A DNA stretch of 64,000 bases, taken from Oligoflexales bacterium. GTDB lineage: Bacteria; Bdellovibrionota_B; Oligoflexia; Oligoflexales; CAIYRB01. Numbering within the stretch: position 1 is the stretch's first letter; each line of letters begins with the position of its first letter. This document shows positions 18,509-28,038 of this stretch, piece after piece. The stretch covers positions 22,823 through 86,822 of the forward strand of contig JBGSUI010000219.1 of NCBI GenBank assembly GCA_041736175.1, read 5' to 3'. The notes under the pieces are model-generated. The model saw only the letters and a program-made list of their open reading frames with translations. It was not told the DNA's origin and ran no database searches. Both the position numbers and the translations under genes were made by a program.

Positions 18509-19210
18509 TTACATCCATTCAATTCCAATCGACACACTTTGTGCTCGGGACTGGAGAAGAGCATTTTCTAAGAATACTTCACTTGGTTCCTCTGAGAGTG
18601 GGGGTTGACTCGGGTTTTGGAAGTCTCCGGTTGTGACTTTTCCCGCAGTGCCCCCTATACCTATATCGATCTGAAAATAAGCTGAAAGCTGTTTCGTTGA
18701 ATGCAGCCTGAGACCTAAACCTCCTTTGGCGAGTCTTGACCGTCCTGTTATAGCATAGTCCATCGCTTCACTGCCAAAATCGTCTGATTCACCTTGGATA
18801 TAAGTACTTCCCCATAAGCCGCCACCAAACATTAAATATGGCTCAACGGTCCCGTGGGGATACCAGACGTTAAATTCCAGCCCACTTTGAAAGCCAGTCA
18901 GTTGGACGCTCTCCTGCCGGCTCGCGAGGTCCCGCCGCGTCAGATAAACCCCCGCAGAAACAGGAACCTCGATCAGAGGCTGATAATAAAGGCCTGCTCC
19001 CACCTGGTAGCCCACGAGTTCGGGACTTTGTGTAAAGGCTCGATCAGCCTTTATCGCAAAATCTCCATCACCCTGGTCACTCTTAACCAGGAGGCCGTCG
19101 AGATTTTCTTTCTGGGCTCCTCCGATAAACTTAAAACCCAGATTGCCCCCGTAAGATTTCTGGCTGACGCCAAACATTGTCATCACAAACGTTATTATGA
19201 TCAGCTTCAT
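18509..19210 (-). CDS. Putative outer-membrane beta-barrel protein
   Basis: Signal peptide, amphipathic Gly/aromatic strands, C-terminal SIGIEWM. Confidence 0.55.
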   Translation of the reverse strand: MKLIIITFVMTMFGVSQKSYGGNLGFKFIGGAQKENLDGLLVKSDQGDGDFAIKADRAFTQSPELVGYQVGAGLYYQPLIEVPVSAGVYLTRRDLASRQESVQLTGFQSGLEFNVWYPHGTVEPYLMFGGGLWGSTYIQGESDDFGSEAMDYAITGRSRLAKGGLGLRLHSTKQLSAYFQIDIGIGGTAGKVTTGDFQNPSQPPLSEEPSEVFLENALLQSRAQSVSIGIEWM

Positions 19211-19221
19211 GGTTAAATACT

Positions 19222-20706
19222 CTATGTTGTATGGGGAGGTGAAAAAGGAATGTTCACAGTAAATGTGGTCCCCTGTCCCAGCTGGCTTTCCACCCCAATA
19301 TCACCTCCCATAGCGGTTACTATTCTACGCACAATACTCAGACCAATCCCGGTGCTTTGATCGCCGTGATTGAAATGATCAAAGGGTATAGACCCTTCAT
19401 GGAAAAGGTGGGATAGGTGCTCAGCATCGATTCCAATTCCTGTATCAATAACCTGTAGCTTAGCATGTTCGTCTTCTTCAACAATTTTCACCAGAACTTC
19501 ACTCGAAGGTTTGGAATATTTAACAGCATTACTTAACAGATTATTTAGCACCTGCTCCAGACGTCTAGAGTCTATGAGCACAGACTCTAGTCTCTTTTTT
19601 TCCCCATAGACCTCAAGCTTAAGTAAGATGTCATTTTTTTGGGATAATTGTTGATTCTTTTTTACTATCGATGCCACAAGATCTCTCATATTTTCTTTTT
19701 TATTAACCAATTTAATGCGGCCAGCTCTGATTCTCGGTATATCAAGTATACCATCAATCATCTGCAGCATATTCTGACAGTTTCGTTCGATCCCTTCTTG
19801 AAAATTAGAGTTCTTATAATCTTCAAAACTCATCTCACTGGACTTGAGGAGGTTTTGGACTGATAGTATATAGGCGATAGGTTGCCTCAAATCATGAGCC
19901 ATTTCATACAATGATTTTTCGTAGTTTTTCAAAATTCGTTGGTACGAAGCATCAGAAAATGCCGCCCAATAATTTAGCACTAGATCAACTGGTAAAATAC
20001 CTAAATAGGATTTGTTTTCTATGATTGGAATATCATATCTTACGCCACTTTTAAGAGCCCTAAAAGTTTCGCATACCTTCAAGGAAGGCTCTAAAAACTG
20101 TGGCAGCGGCTTATATAGATCCTCGATAGTTACCGTTGTGGGTTCTTCTAGTTTGATTTTTTGAAAAAGATCTTTTAGGTAAACCACACCAATCGGCACA
20201 AACGTCTTTTCGACAACGACAAGCGTCTGAACCGCAAACGTTTGAAATAAAGCCAAAGCTGTCGCCAGGTCTGTCTGCAGGTTGATAGTCGGAATATCCC
20301 TGATATAGACATCACTCACTTTCAGGTCAAACAATCGTGATTCAAAAATCTCTTGATAAGTTGCTTCTGATTGGTCTGCAAAGGTGACCAAATGGATACC
20401 CATCCCTTGGGGCATTTGTGGGTTGATAGTGGTCGGTCTTATCCATTTAACCTCTGCCTTTCCACGGATATCGTGGCCTGATTTTGGAAATTGAAGTGCA
20501 AAATCAAACCTCCTACCTACCGGAATCCCGGCGTCTTCCTCGGTTTTAAGAAACATTCCCTGTCGACTGAAGTTTAACACTAACGAGTTGTCGGAGATTT
20601 TTTGGGGACTCGGAACAGGCCAGAAGATGTTTATTTTGTGGGGAAAATCATCCTGCCACCACCGCATCCTAAACTCTCTACTATGAATTTCCATCGTTTC
20701 TCTCAC
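19222..20706 (-). CDS. Cytoplasmic histidine kinase with PilZ-like and CBS-pair input domains
   Basis: NFSRQGMFL...AEVKWIRP..GMGIHL (PilZ); KVSDVY...PIGVVYLKDL (CBS); AHDLRQP (H-box); NLLSNAVKYS, DTGIGI, GIGLSIV. Confidence 0.8.
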   Translation of the reverse strand: MRETMEIHSREFRMRWWQDDFPHKINIFWPVPSPQKISDNSLVLNFSRQGMFLKTEEDAGIPVGRRFDFALQFPKSGHDIRGKAEVKWIRPTTINPQMPQGMGIHLVTFADQSEATYQEIFESRLFDLKVSDVYIRDIPTINLQTDLATALALFQTFAVQTLVVVEKTFVPIGVVYLKDLFQKIKLEEPTTVTIEDLYKPLPQFLEPSLKVCETFRALKSGVRYDIPIIENKSYLGILPVDLVLNYWAAFSDASYQRILKNYEKSLYEMAHDLRQPIAYILSVQNLLKSSEMSFEDYKNSNFQEGIERNCQNMLQMIDGILDIPRIRAGRIKLVNKKENMRDLVASIVKKNQQLSQKNDILLKLEVYGEKKRLESVLIDSRRLEQVLNNLLSNAVKYSKPSSEVLVKIVEEDEHAKLQVIDTGIGIDAEHLSHLFHEGSIPFDHFNHGDQSTGIGLSIVRRIVTAMGGDIGVESQLGQGTTFTVNIPFSPPHTT

Positions 20707-20783
20707 AATATTTCGGTTTTTATTAAAGTCTAACTAGATTCTAACAAATTTGATCAGTTCCAGAAACACTTAGAGGAAGATTG

Positions 20784-20812
20784 TTGACGATTTTGGTCTA
20801 ACCTGTTATTTT
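20784..20812 (+). promoter_or_regulatory. sigma70-like promoter
   Basis: TTGACG-N17-TATTTT upstream of the glutathione peroxidase gene. Confidence 0.4.
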
Positions 20813-20864
20813 TATGTGTCTTTGACTCATTTATTTAATAGTTTTTCTATACAAGGGATTATTT

Positions 20865-21386
20865 ATGAGTAACTTTTACGAGTTTCAAGCCAAAAGCATC
20901 AATGGCGAAATGATTCCCATGAATCAATTCAAAAACAAAGTCGTACTAGTCGTCAATGTCGCCAGCAAATGTGGATTCACTCCCCAGTACACGGACTTAG
21001 AGGCCCTCCATAAAGAATACAACGGGAAGGGCCTTGAGATCCTAGGATTTCCTTGCAACCAATTTGGAGCACAGGAACCCGGTACCGACAAGGAAATTGT
21101 CCAATTCTGTGGGACGACCTATCCTGTTACTTTCAAAATGTTCTCAAAAATTGATGTCAATGGCCCCAATGCATTGCCTCTCTACAAGTTTCTCTGCACA
21201 AGCGCCAAAACCGATGCCCATAAGACGAGCCACAATCCGACAAGTCCTGAGCCCATGGAACCCGTAAAATGGAACTTCACTAAATTTTTGATCGATCGCG
21301 AGGGAAATGTAGTTACAAGATTCTCCTCACAGACCTCCCCCAAAGACCTTAAGCCTTTTATCGAAAACCTACTAAAAAATACTTAA
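20865..21386 (+). CDS. Glutathione peroxidase (Cys type, BtuE-like)
   Basis: NVASKCGFTPQY, GFPCNQFGAQEPG, WNFTKFL. Confidence 0.95.
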   Translation: MSNFYEFQAKSINGEMIPMNQFKNKVVLVVNVASKCGFTPQYTDLEALHKEYNGKGLEILGFPCNQFGAQEPGTDKEIVQFCGTTYPVTFKMFSKIDVNGPNALPLYKFLCTSAKTDAHKTSHNPTSPEPMEPVKWNFTKFLIDREGNVVTRFSSQTSPKDLKPFIENLLKNT

Positions 21387-21391
21387 TATCT

Positions 21392-21413
21392 CGCTGGCGC
21401 GCAAACGCCAGCG
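21392..21413. terminator. GC-rich hairpin between convergent gpx and glpK
   Basis: CGCTGGCG-CGCAAA-CGCCAGCG; no clear U-tract. Confidence 0.45.
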
Positions 21414-21440
21414 CCCCTTAGGAGAACCAAAGCCAGGGGA

Positions 21441-22967
21441 TTAAACGGTTCCAGCAAAAACCTTAACCGCTTGGATCGCTCGCAGCCACCCTTTGGAGAG
21501 CAAAGCTCTCTCCTCTTTGTCGATCGATGGCATAAAGATCCGTTGAGTCGACCGAGTAGACTTTAGATCATCAAGCCCCCTAAACAACTTGCTCCCTAAC
21601 GCAGAAAATAACGCCGCGCCAAACCCTGTCGTTTCAATATTATCGGGGCGATCGACTGAAATACCTGATAGGTTAGCCTGTATCTGCATCAATAGATTAT
21701 TAGCAGCAGCCCCGCCATCGACCCTTAAAATACTCAGGGGACCTCCCAGATCCTCAGAGATTGCCTTTGTAAGATCAGATACCTGAAAAGCGATGCCTTC
21801 TAGGGTCGCTCTCAGGAGTTGGGCTTTGGTGGTGCCCCGGTTCATCCCAAAGATACCACCACGGGCCTCTGCATCCCAATGGGGCGAACCCAATCCAGAA
21901 AGGGCTGGTACAAAATAAAAATCAGGAGCTGCCCGCGCAGCTTGCGCCAAACTCTCCGTCTCATGGGCTGCATGGATGATTTGCCATTGGTCCCGCAAAA
22001 ACTGAATTGCAGCCCCCGCGACAAAACATGATCCTTCAAAAGCGTAGGTCAATTGACCATTAAGACTCCAGGCTACTGTGGTCAACATCCCCGCTTTAGA
22101 AACTAAGCGTTCGTTTCCAAGATTAGCCAGCAAAAAGGCGCCTGTTCCATAGGTGCATTTAGCCTCCCCCTTGGCATAACAGGTCTGTCCCGCTAAGGCT
22201 GCCTGCTGATCTCCTAAAACACCCGTAATGGGTATACCATCTGGCAGAAAACCTAGACCTCTTGTCAGTCCAAATTGATCCGCACTCTGCTTGACCTCTG
22301 GTAACAACTCTACTTTTGGCAAACCAAAGATCGCCAAGAGCTCTGGATCCCACGACCCCGTGAGGGTGTTGAAATACAGGGTCCGACTGGCGTTGCTTGG
22401 CTCGGTCACATAACTCTGGCCAGATGTAAAACGGCTGATCAGATAGGTGTCGATCGTACCGATTCCCGCTGTACCGGCCAATATTTGTTTTTTTAAATCT
22501 GGATTATTCTCCAAAACCCAGCGTAGCTTGGTTCCTGAGAAATAGGGATCTAACACCAAGCCGGTTTTTTGTCTAAAAAGACCTTCGTATCCCTCGGATT
22601 TAAGCTGGCGGACGATCTCTGCACTGCGTTTGCATTGCCAAACAATCGCGCGGCAAAGAGGTCTTCCCGATCTTCGTTCAAAGATGCATAGAGTCTCTCT
22701 TTGGTTGGTGATGCCGATGCTAGCAATCTTATTTTTATGAAAACCCTTATGTTTGGACTCAGCAATTTCGATTGCACGACTCATGGCCGCTACCACCGAA
22801 GACCAAACCTCATCCAAGTCATGCTCAACCCAACTATTCTGAGGAAAATGCTGCGTAAAATCTACCGTATGTTTACCAATAATCTCTGAATGAGTCGGCC
22901 TTGAAAAATCTACGACCAGGGCCGTAGTCCCGGTCGTACCTTGATCTATGGAAATAACATATGCCAT
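21441..22967 (-). CDS. glpK: Glycerol kinase
   Basis: IDQGTTGT, GITNQRET, GDQQAAL, KCTYGTG, RVDGGA. Confidence 0.95.
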   Translation of the reverse strand: MAYVISIDQGTTGTTALVVDFSRPTHSEIIGKHTVDFTQHFPQNSWVEHDLDEVWSSVVAAMSRAIEIAESKHKGFHKNKIASIGITNQRETLCIFERRSGRPLCRAIVWQCKRSAEIVRQLKSEGYEGLFRQKTGLVLDPYFSGTKLRWVLENNPDLKKQILAGTAGIGTIDTYLISRFTSGQSYVTEPSNASRTLYFNTLTGSWDPELLAIFGLPKVELLPEVKQSADQFGLTRGLGFLPDGIPITGVLGDQQAALAGQTCYAKGEAKCTYGTGAFLLANLGNERLVSKAGMLTTVAWSLNGQLTYAFEGSCFVAGAAIQFLRDQWQIIHAAHETESLAQAARAAPDFYFVPALSGLGSPHWDAEARGGIFGMNRGTTKAQLLRATLEGIAFQVSDLTKAISEDLGGPLSILRVDGGAAANNLLMQIQANLSGISVDRPDNIETTGFGAALFSALGSKLFRGLDDLKSTRSTQRIFMPSIDKEERALLSKGWLRAIQAVKVFAGTV

Positions 22968-23062
22968 TTGGACCTCACGTCTATGTGGAACTAAAAGGAA
23001 TAGATTCCATCCTAAGAGCGCTGTCCTTAATGTTCAACCACTTCTGAAAGTGATTGGGCTTT

Positions 23063-24832
23063 TTAAGGCTTGATTTCCTCTAAAGATCCTAGAAATCGAT
23101 AGATCTGTTCAATCTCGTCATCAGATAGGGGTGTTGGTTTGACTTGACTCGATTGGCCGATGGACTCGATGCTCTGGGGGTCAGCCATGACGGTCATAAG
23201 TTCTGGACCCAGAACTTCCACGGAAAACTGGGGCGCCAGTCTAATATCTTTCAGGGACCATTGGTACAACGATGCCTTAGGATCTCTGTAATGATGCAAC
23301 ATCCTCTTGAGATCCGAAAAAGCTCCGTTATGGCCCCAGGGTCCTGTCCGGGTAACATTTCTCAGGGAAGGGGTTTTAAACCGATAACGATCGCTTTGGA
23401 GGTTTGTGACGCGGGACCTCCCAAAGTCGCCACGATCAGAAGGTTGATCTCCCATTCCTGGTCCAAATTGGGGCATGCCTATGCTGTGAAAGGACTGGTC
23501 CGTCAAGAGCGGGCCACTATGGCACCGTGCGCATTGACCTTTTCCATAAAAATAGATGGCTCCATTTTTTTCTTCGTTGGACAAAGCTGTGGTCTTTCCT
23601 GCCAAAAATTGGTCAAACCTAGAGTTCCACGATTTCCAGCGTTTGGCCTGAAAAATCGCTATGGCGTTAGCCAGATGTTCGATGCCAAAATTTTCGACTC
23701 CAGGATAGGCTTCACTAAACATGTTGCGGTAGTCTGGTTTTGCCAGCACCTTTGTCATGATTTTTTTCCACTGTTCTTCGGGCTCAAGGGTTTGAAGGCT
23801 GTCTGTCAAACCACATCCCATCTCCTTCGGATGAACCAGAGGAAATAAGGCCTGGGCAGCCAGTGCAGAATTAAGACCAAGGGGTAGTTTTGATCCTTCG
23901 GGGGTGCTATATCCACTCACCGACTGGCTCGATGTTTCGACTCGTCCATCCCAAAACATCTTCTGTGCTGACTTATGTCCCAAATTAAATAGATGGGGAG
24001 CATTTCGCGGCAGCATATCATTGATCGTCAGTTTTGTGGTGACCCGACCTGCTAACACTGGACCGCTGGGTCCAATGCTATAGCCGTTGCTGGTTCCGCG
24101 GTTTTCCAAATGACAGCTCGCACAAGCCACATCTTCCTTAAATGAGATGAGTTTATCGTGAAAAAGCCTTTCCCCTAAACTGTATTGCTGGGAGGAGCCA
24201 GTCAGATAATCCTGCGGCCTGAGAGGTGCTACTCCAGAGGTCTTGAGATACTGCCAGAGTCTAGAGTCCAGGTAGCCGCTCTCGTCAAGGAGAGGCACAT
24301 AGACCTTAGGTGGCTGGGTCGTCCCGCCTGAACCCCAATACTCCGTGGTTTGGACCGAAGCCGTAAAGCAGTCGGATGGTTTGCATTTTGGCTTTGTATA
24401 AACTGTTACATATTTATTGTCTTGTTGATAGGTTTGAGTGGGCACATATCTATAGGACCCCTGAGGATTCACGGATGACTGGCGGATGGGGTCATATCCA
24501 ACCAGGCCACTTGCGCTTTGGGGACTCGCGTTCCAGGAGTTTGACGAAGTTCCCAACTCATCAAGCTCTGTTCCTCGGGTTTTCGCCTTGCTGTAATCCA
24601 ACTCACCATCAGCCGACATGGGGACCTCAAGGATAATCTCTTCCGGCAGGGCCTGGTATTCCATTTCCATCGCCAGATCAACCTCTGGGGTCGTCCCCTG
24701 TGGATCCATTTCGACCGGCTTTTGGACCAGGTGGTCTTCCTTGCGGTCATTTTTGGTGCCACAGCCAACATGGCCGAAGCTCAGGACTAAAGTACTCAAC
24801 AGAGTCAAAGGACTTTTAATTAGAAGTTGCAT
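23063..24832 (-). CDS. Di-heme cytochrome c peroxidase/MauG-family lipoprotein
   Basis: CASCH and CARCH heme motifs, RNAPHLFN, FWDGR, FKTPSLRNV. Lipobox-like HVGC; ATG at 24832 has a GGAG RBS. Confidence 0.88.
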   Translation of the reverse strand: MQLLIKSPLTLLSTLVLSFGHVGCGTKNDRKEDHLVQKPVEMDPQGTTPEVDLAMEMEYQALPEEIILEVPMSADGELDYSKAKTRGTELDELGTSSNSWNASPQSASGLVGYDPIRQSSVNPQGSYRYVPTQTYQQDNKYVTVYTKPKCKPSDCFTASVQTTEYWGSGGTTQPPKVYVPLLDESGYLDSRLWQYLKTSGVAPLRPQDYLTGSSQQYSLGERLFHDKLISFKEDVACASCHLENRGTSNGYSIGPSGPVLAGRVTTKLTINDMLPRNAPHLFNLGHKSAQKMFWDGRVETSSQSVSGYSTPEGSKLPLGLNSALAAQALFPLVHPKEMGCGLTDSLQTLEPEEQWKKIMTKVLAKPDYRNMFSEAYPGVENFGIEHLANAIAIFQAKRWKSWNSRFDQFLAGKTTALSNEEKNGAIYFYGKGQCARCHSGPLLTDQSFHSIGMPQFGPGMGDQPSDRGDFGRSRVTNLQSDRYRFKTPSLRNVTRTGPWGHNGAFSDLKRMLHHYRDPKASLYQWSLKDIRLAPQFSVEVLGPELMTVMADPQSIESIGQSSQVKPTPLSDDEIEQIYRFLGSLEEIKP

Positions 24833-24911
24833 TTTTATTGGCTCCCTCGTTAATTTCAATTTCTTAGTATTTATAATTAATTTGTTAATATAATGCAACA
24901 TATTTTATTAC

Positions 24912-24955
24912 TATTATTATAAATATTAATAGAATTCTTAATATTTGTAATAATA
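24912..24955. promoter_or_regulatory. AT-rich inverted repeat with 18-bp arms upstream of the peroxidase
   Basis: TATTATTATAAATATTAA-TAGAATTC-TTAATATTTGTAATAATA; 17 of 18 arm positions match. Confidence 0.55.
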
Positions 24956-25112
24956 TCTCGGCATTGTATTAGAAACATCGGAGAAAACCCTGGCCTTAGG
25001 GAGCGCCCCCTCCTGGCCACCTGTTTTTTCCAATGATTTTGGACATTATCGATGCTATGCCCTAACCCCGAGGGCAGGTGTTTGGCATCGAGCGTGGTGG
25101 AGGCTTAAAGCC

Positions 25113-26366
25113 GTGCAGTTTGTTGTTTTAGGTAGAGGTTTTGCTGGTTTGTCCGTTGCCTGGGAGCTTCAACAAAAAGGCCACCAGGTCACTGTCGTAG
25201 GCATTTCCCCTGAGAGTGAAGATGATCCAGGGAGCGGCGACTTACCGTCTCTGGCAAGGGGCTCTGCCTCGCGGGCTGCCATCGGGGTGAGCAGTTTAAA
25301 GGGCCATTTTTTGCCTCAAACTAAAATGTTTAGAGAGAAAATCCTGGGGCACCAAGGGCTTTCCCACTGGATCGACCAAATCATTAGGGTCTCGGGAATC
25401 CAAATTCCGTTTTTTCGGGGCGCTCTTTTTGAACCTTTTTTTAATAAGATGGAGTTTACCCATCTTCATGAACGAATCTTCCATGGCAATTTTCACGGCC
25501 TCTATAAAAACAAAATACTGACTCCCCAAGAATTCGAGCGTTCCTATCCGGGGTGGAGAGACCTAAAAAAGCCGCCATTAGGAGCTTTTCAGTTTTTCGA
25601 TGACCTATGGTTTGATCCAGGTAGATGTTTGGACGCATTGGAGGTCGCTATTAGCAAAATCGGTGGCCAAATCATCCCCGGGTCATTTAGGGATCTAAGT
25701 TCTTACCAGAAGGAAGGCTCCCCCTCTTTCAGCGTCAAGATCCAATCAGGATCCCGGGAAATAAACCTAAACTGCGATCAGATGGTGATCGCCTGCGGCT
25801 CCAGTACCAACGATATTTTAACAACACTTGATGCTCCCACCCTTCCATTGAGTCTTTGTACGGGTGTCACCACCATTTCCGCCAACGAAGACGGACGGCG
25901 CCTAAACCCATGGTGCCTACGGGTTCGCAAGACAAATATCGTGGGCCTTGAAACCTCCTTAAGGTATGGCTCTAGCTCCCTCAACAAAAAAGCCTCAAGC
26001 CTGAGTCAGTTGACATCCCAAAATAGGACCGACGATATCTATGAAACTGACAAAGCCGATAGGACTGGGATTTTTAACCTTATCAGTCGACCTAAAAATG
26101 CTACCTACCTATGGGGCGCACGGGTCCGGACCAAAGACCGGGCTCCAGTGATGGGAAATCTAAAAATGCTATACGATCGTCCGTTGTTTGAACGGTTTAA
26201 GAGCTATCCACCATCAATTCTGGAAAGCGTCTGGATCATGACGGGCTTTTATAAAAATGGGTTGCAGTTATCGTGGTCTTTTGCACAAAAACTATCAGCC
26301 GCTATGCTTGCCAAAAACCCTGACTTCATAGAGGATGAGTTCTCGTTGATCAGGATTTTAAGCTAG
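25113..26366 (+). CDS. FAD-dependent oxidoreductase (DAO/ThiO/MnmC-C-like)
   Basis: VLGRGFAGLSVA, GSASRAAIG, WGARVRTKDRAPVMG, TGFYKNGL. Confidence 0.85.
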   Translation: MQFVVLGRGFAGLSVAWELQQKGHQVTVVGISPESEDDPGSGDLPSLARGSASRAAIGVSSLKGHFLPQTKMFREKILGHQGLSHWIDQIIRVSGIQIPFFRGALFEPFFNKMEFTHLHERIFHGNFHGLYKNKILTPQEFERSYPGWRDLKKPPLGAFQFFDDLWFDPGRCLDALEVAISKIGGQIIPGSFRDLSSYQKEGSPSFSVKIQSGSREINLNCDQMVIACGSSTNDILTTLDAPTLPLSLCTGVTTISANEDGRRLNPWCLRVRKTNIVGLETSLRYGSSSLNKKASSLSQLTSQNRTDDIYETDKADRTGIFNLISRPKNATYLWGARVRTKDRAPVMGNLKMLYDRPLFERFKSYPPSILESVWIMTGFYKNGLQLSWSFAQKLSAAMLAKNPDFIEDEFSLIRILS

Positions 26367-26383
26367 AACAAAAGAGATCAATC

Positions 26384-27361
26384 ATGAACCTATTATTTTT
26401 GGGGTCACCCCAAGCTGTTACAGCACCTTTACGCCACTTACTTGAAGAAGGTTCTAAACTTGGACTCAAGGTCGTGGGTGTCGTCACGCCTCCCGCAAAA
26501 CCCTTTGGTCGCAAACTTATTTTAAAGGATCCTCCCTTAGCCACTTTTGCCAAGGAACGGGGTCTCCACCTTATCCAAACCAAAAATGTCAACGACCCCA
26601 TCATTCTCTCCGAGATCAAGCAGCTTGAAGTCGATGTGGCGATTACGGCTGCTTTTGGCCAGATATTGGGTCTAGCCTTTTTAGCCACGCCCAAAAGGGC
26701 TGTGATCAATATCCATCCCAGCTTACTCCCTAAGTATCGGGGAGCTACGCCTGTGCAGTCTTCGCTGCTAGACAAATCGACCGTCACTGGGGTCACAATC
26801 TTATTCACGGTCAAAGAGCTTGATGCTGGTGCAATCATCTGCCAAATCCCGTCGACCATCTCTCCAGACGAAAAAGCCCCCGAGCTTACAGATCGCCTTT
26901 TTGAGGCTTCAGGAGTTCCCCTAGTGGACTCACTTATTAAGCTAAAAGATCCTTATTTTGCGGGGCAGAGCCAAGATCCAAGACTCGTCACCCACTGCAA
27001 AAAAATTCAAAAAACCGACGGCCAGATCGATTGGACCCGTCCCTCAGAGGACATCCAAGCCGCCTACCGAGCTTTCGCTGGTTGGCCAGGAATCTATACT
27101 TTTTTCGCTTCCAAAAGAATCAATCTCATAGACATAACCCTCCATAGCTCTGAGGACTCTCGCCAGCGATTCCTCGATAAAATGACAGGCCAAAAACCTG
27201 GACTTTTCTTTTTTGACCGACCTCTTAAAGCCCTTTTGGTCCTCTCTGCCAGCGGAGTCATCCAAATCAACCAGCTTCAGCCTGAAGGCGGCAAAACCAT
27301 CGATGGAGCGGCGTTTTGGAATGGCATTAAGGATAAGAATACTCTCCTATATTTTTCTTAA
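26384..27361 (+). CDS. fmt: Methionyl-tRNA formyltransferase
   Basis: FLGSPQA, AAFGQIL, INIHPSLLPKYRGATP, C-terminal LQPEGGK. Confidence 0.93.
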   Translation: MNLLFLGSPQAVTAPLRHLLEEGSKLGLKVVGVVTPPAKPFGRKLILKDPPLATFAKERGLHLIQTKNVNDPIILSEIKQLEVDVAITAAFGQILGLAFLATPKRAVINIHPSLLPKYRGATPVQSSLLDKSTVTGVTILFTVKELDAGAIICQIPSTISPDEKAPELTDRLFEASGVPLVDSLIKLKDPYFAGQSQDPRLVTHCKKIQKTDGQIDWTRPSEDIQAAYRAFAGWPGIYTFFASKRINLIDITLHSSEDSRQRFLDKMTGQKPGLFFFDRPLKALLVLSASGVIQINQLQPEGGKTIDGAAFWNGIKDKNTLLYFS

Positions 27362-27401
27362 GAGGTTTTTCTATCGCAATACCTTAGTAAAAGGATCCCT
27401 C

Positions 27402-28010
27402 GTGAAATCCACAGTAAATCTAAAGTTAGCAATTGGCATCTCTGGCAGTGGCAGAACACTCCAAAATCTTCTCACACGAGAAAAAGATGGTTTGGGCTAT
27501 CAGATCATGGGTGTCTTTTCTTCCAAGGCTGACGCCCCAGGTCTAGACTTTGCCAGAGAGTTTAAACTCCCTATTTTTATAAATCCCTTTAAGTCTAATG
27601 ATGCTGCATTAGCGGAATCTGCAGCAAAACTCCTTTATCAGTGGATGGAAGAAGTCGGAGCTAACTACGTGGCCCTTGCCGGATTTATCAGGCCGTTTCC
27701 CATAAGGAGTGCTTGGAAAAACCGGGTCATCAATATTCATCCATCACTCCTCCCTAAATTTGGGGGCCAAGGAATGTACGGAATAAGGGTGCACCAAGCT
27801 GTTCTTGCCGCCGGTGAAACCACCACTGGACCCACGGTCCATTATGTCAACGAAGAATATGACCAAGGGACCATCATCGATCAGGAACCCATCCCTGTAT
27901 ATCCTGGAGAGGACGCCACAAGTCTGGCCGCAAGGGTGTTTGAAGCTGAGTGTCGGCTTTACCCCAAAGTTTTGCAGTTTTTGTCAGGTCATATCAGAAG
28001 TGAGACTTAA
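27402..28010 (+). CDS. purN: Phosphoribosylglycinamide formyltransferase
   Basis: ISGSGRTLQ, LAGFIR, INIHPSLLPKFGG, VHYVNEEYDQG; likely GTG start at 27402. Confidence 0.92.
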   Translation: MKSTVNLKLAIGISGSGRTLQNLLTREKDGLGYQIMGVFSSKADAPGLDFAREFKLPIFINPFKSNDAALAESAAKLLYQWMEEVGANYVALAGFIRPFPIRSAWKNRVINIHPSLLPKFGGQGMYGIRVHQAVLAAGETTTGPTVHYVNEEYDQGTIIDQEPIPVYPGEDATSLAARVFEAECRLYPKVLQFLSGHIRSET

Positions 28011-28038
28011 ATATTAAAACACCAAAGATAGGTTTCCC

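Noticed and set aside
20865..21386. Selenocysteine glutathione peroxidase
   Set aside because: The active-site codon is TGT (Cys); there is no in-frame TGA.
23144..23848. 234-aa antisense ORF, and similar shadow ORFs such as 11104-11652, 37054-37617 and 48640-49230
   Set aside because: They lie wholly opposite well-supported genes and show no recognisable motifs.
27213..27401. N-terminal extension of PurN in the ORF track
   Set aside because: It overlaps fmt; similarity to PurN starts near GTG 27402.
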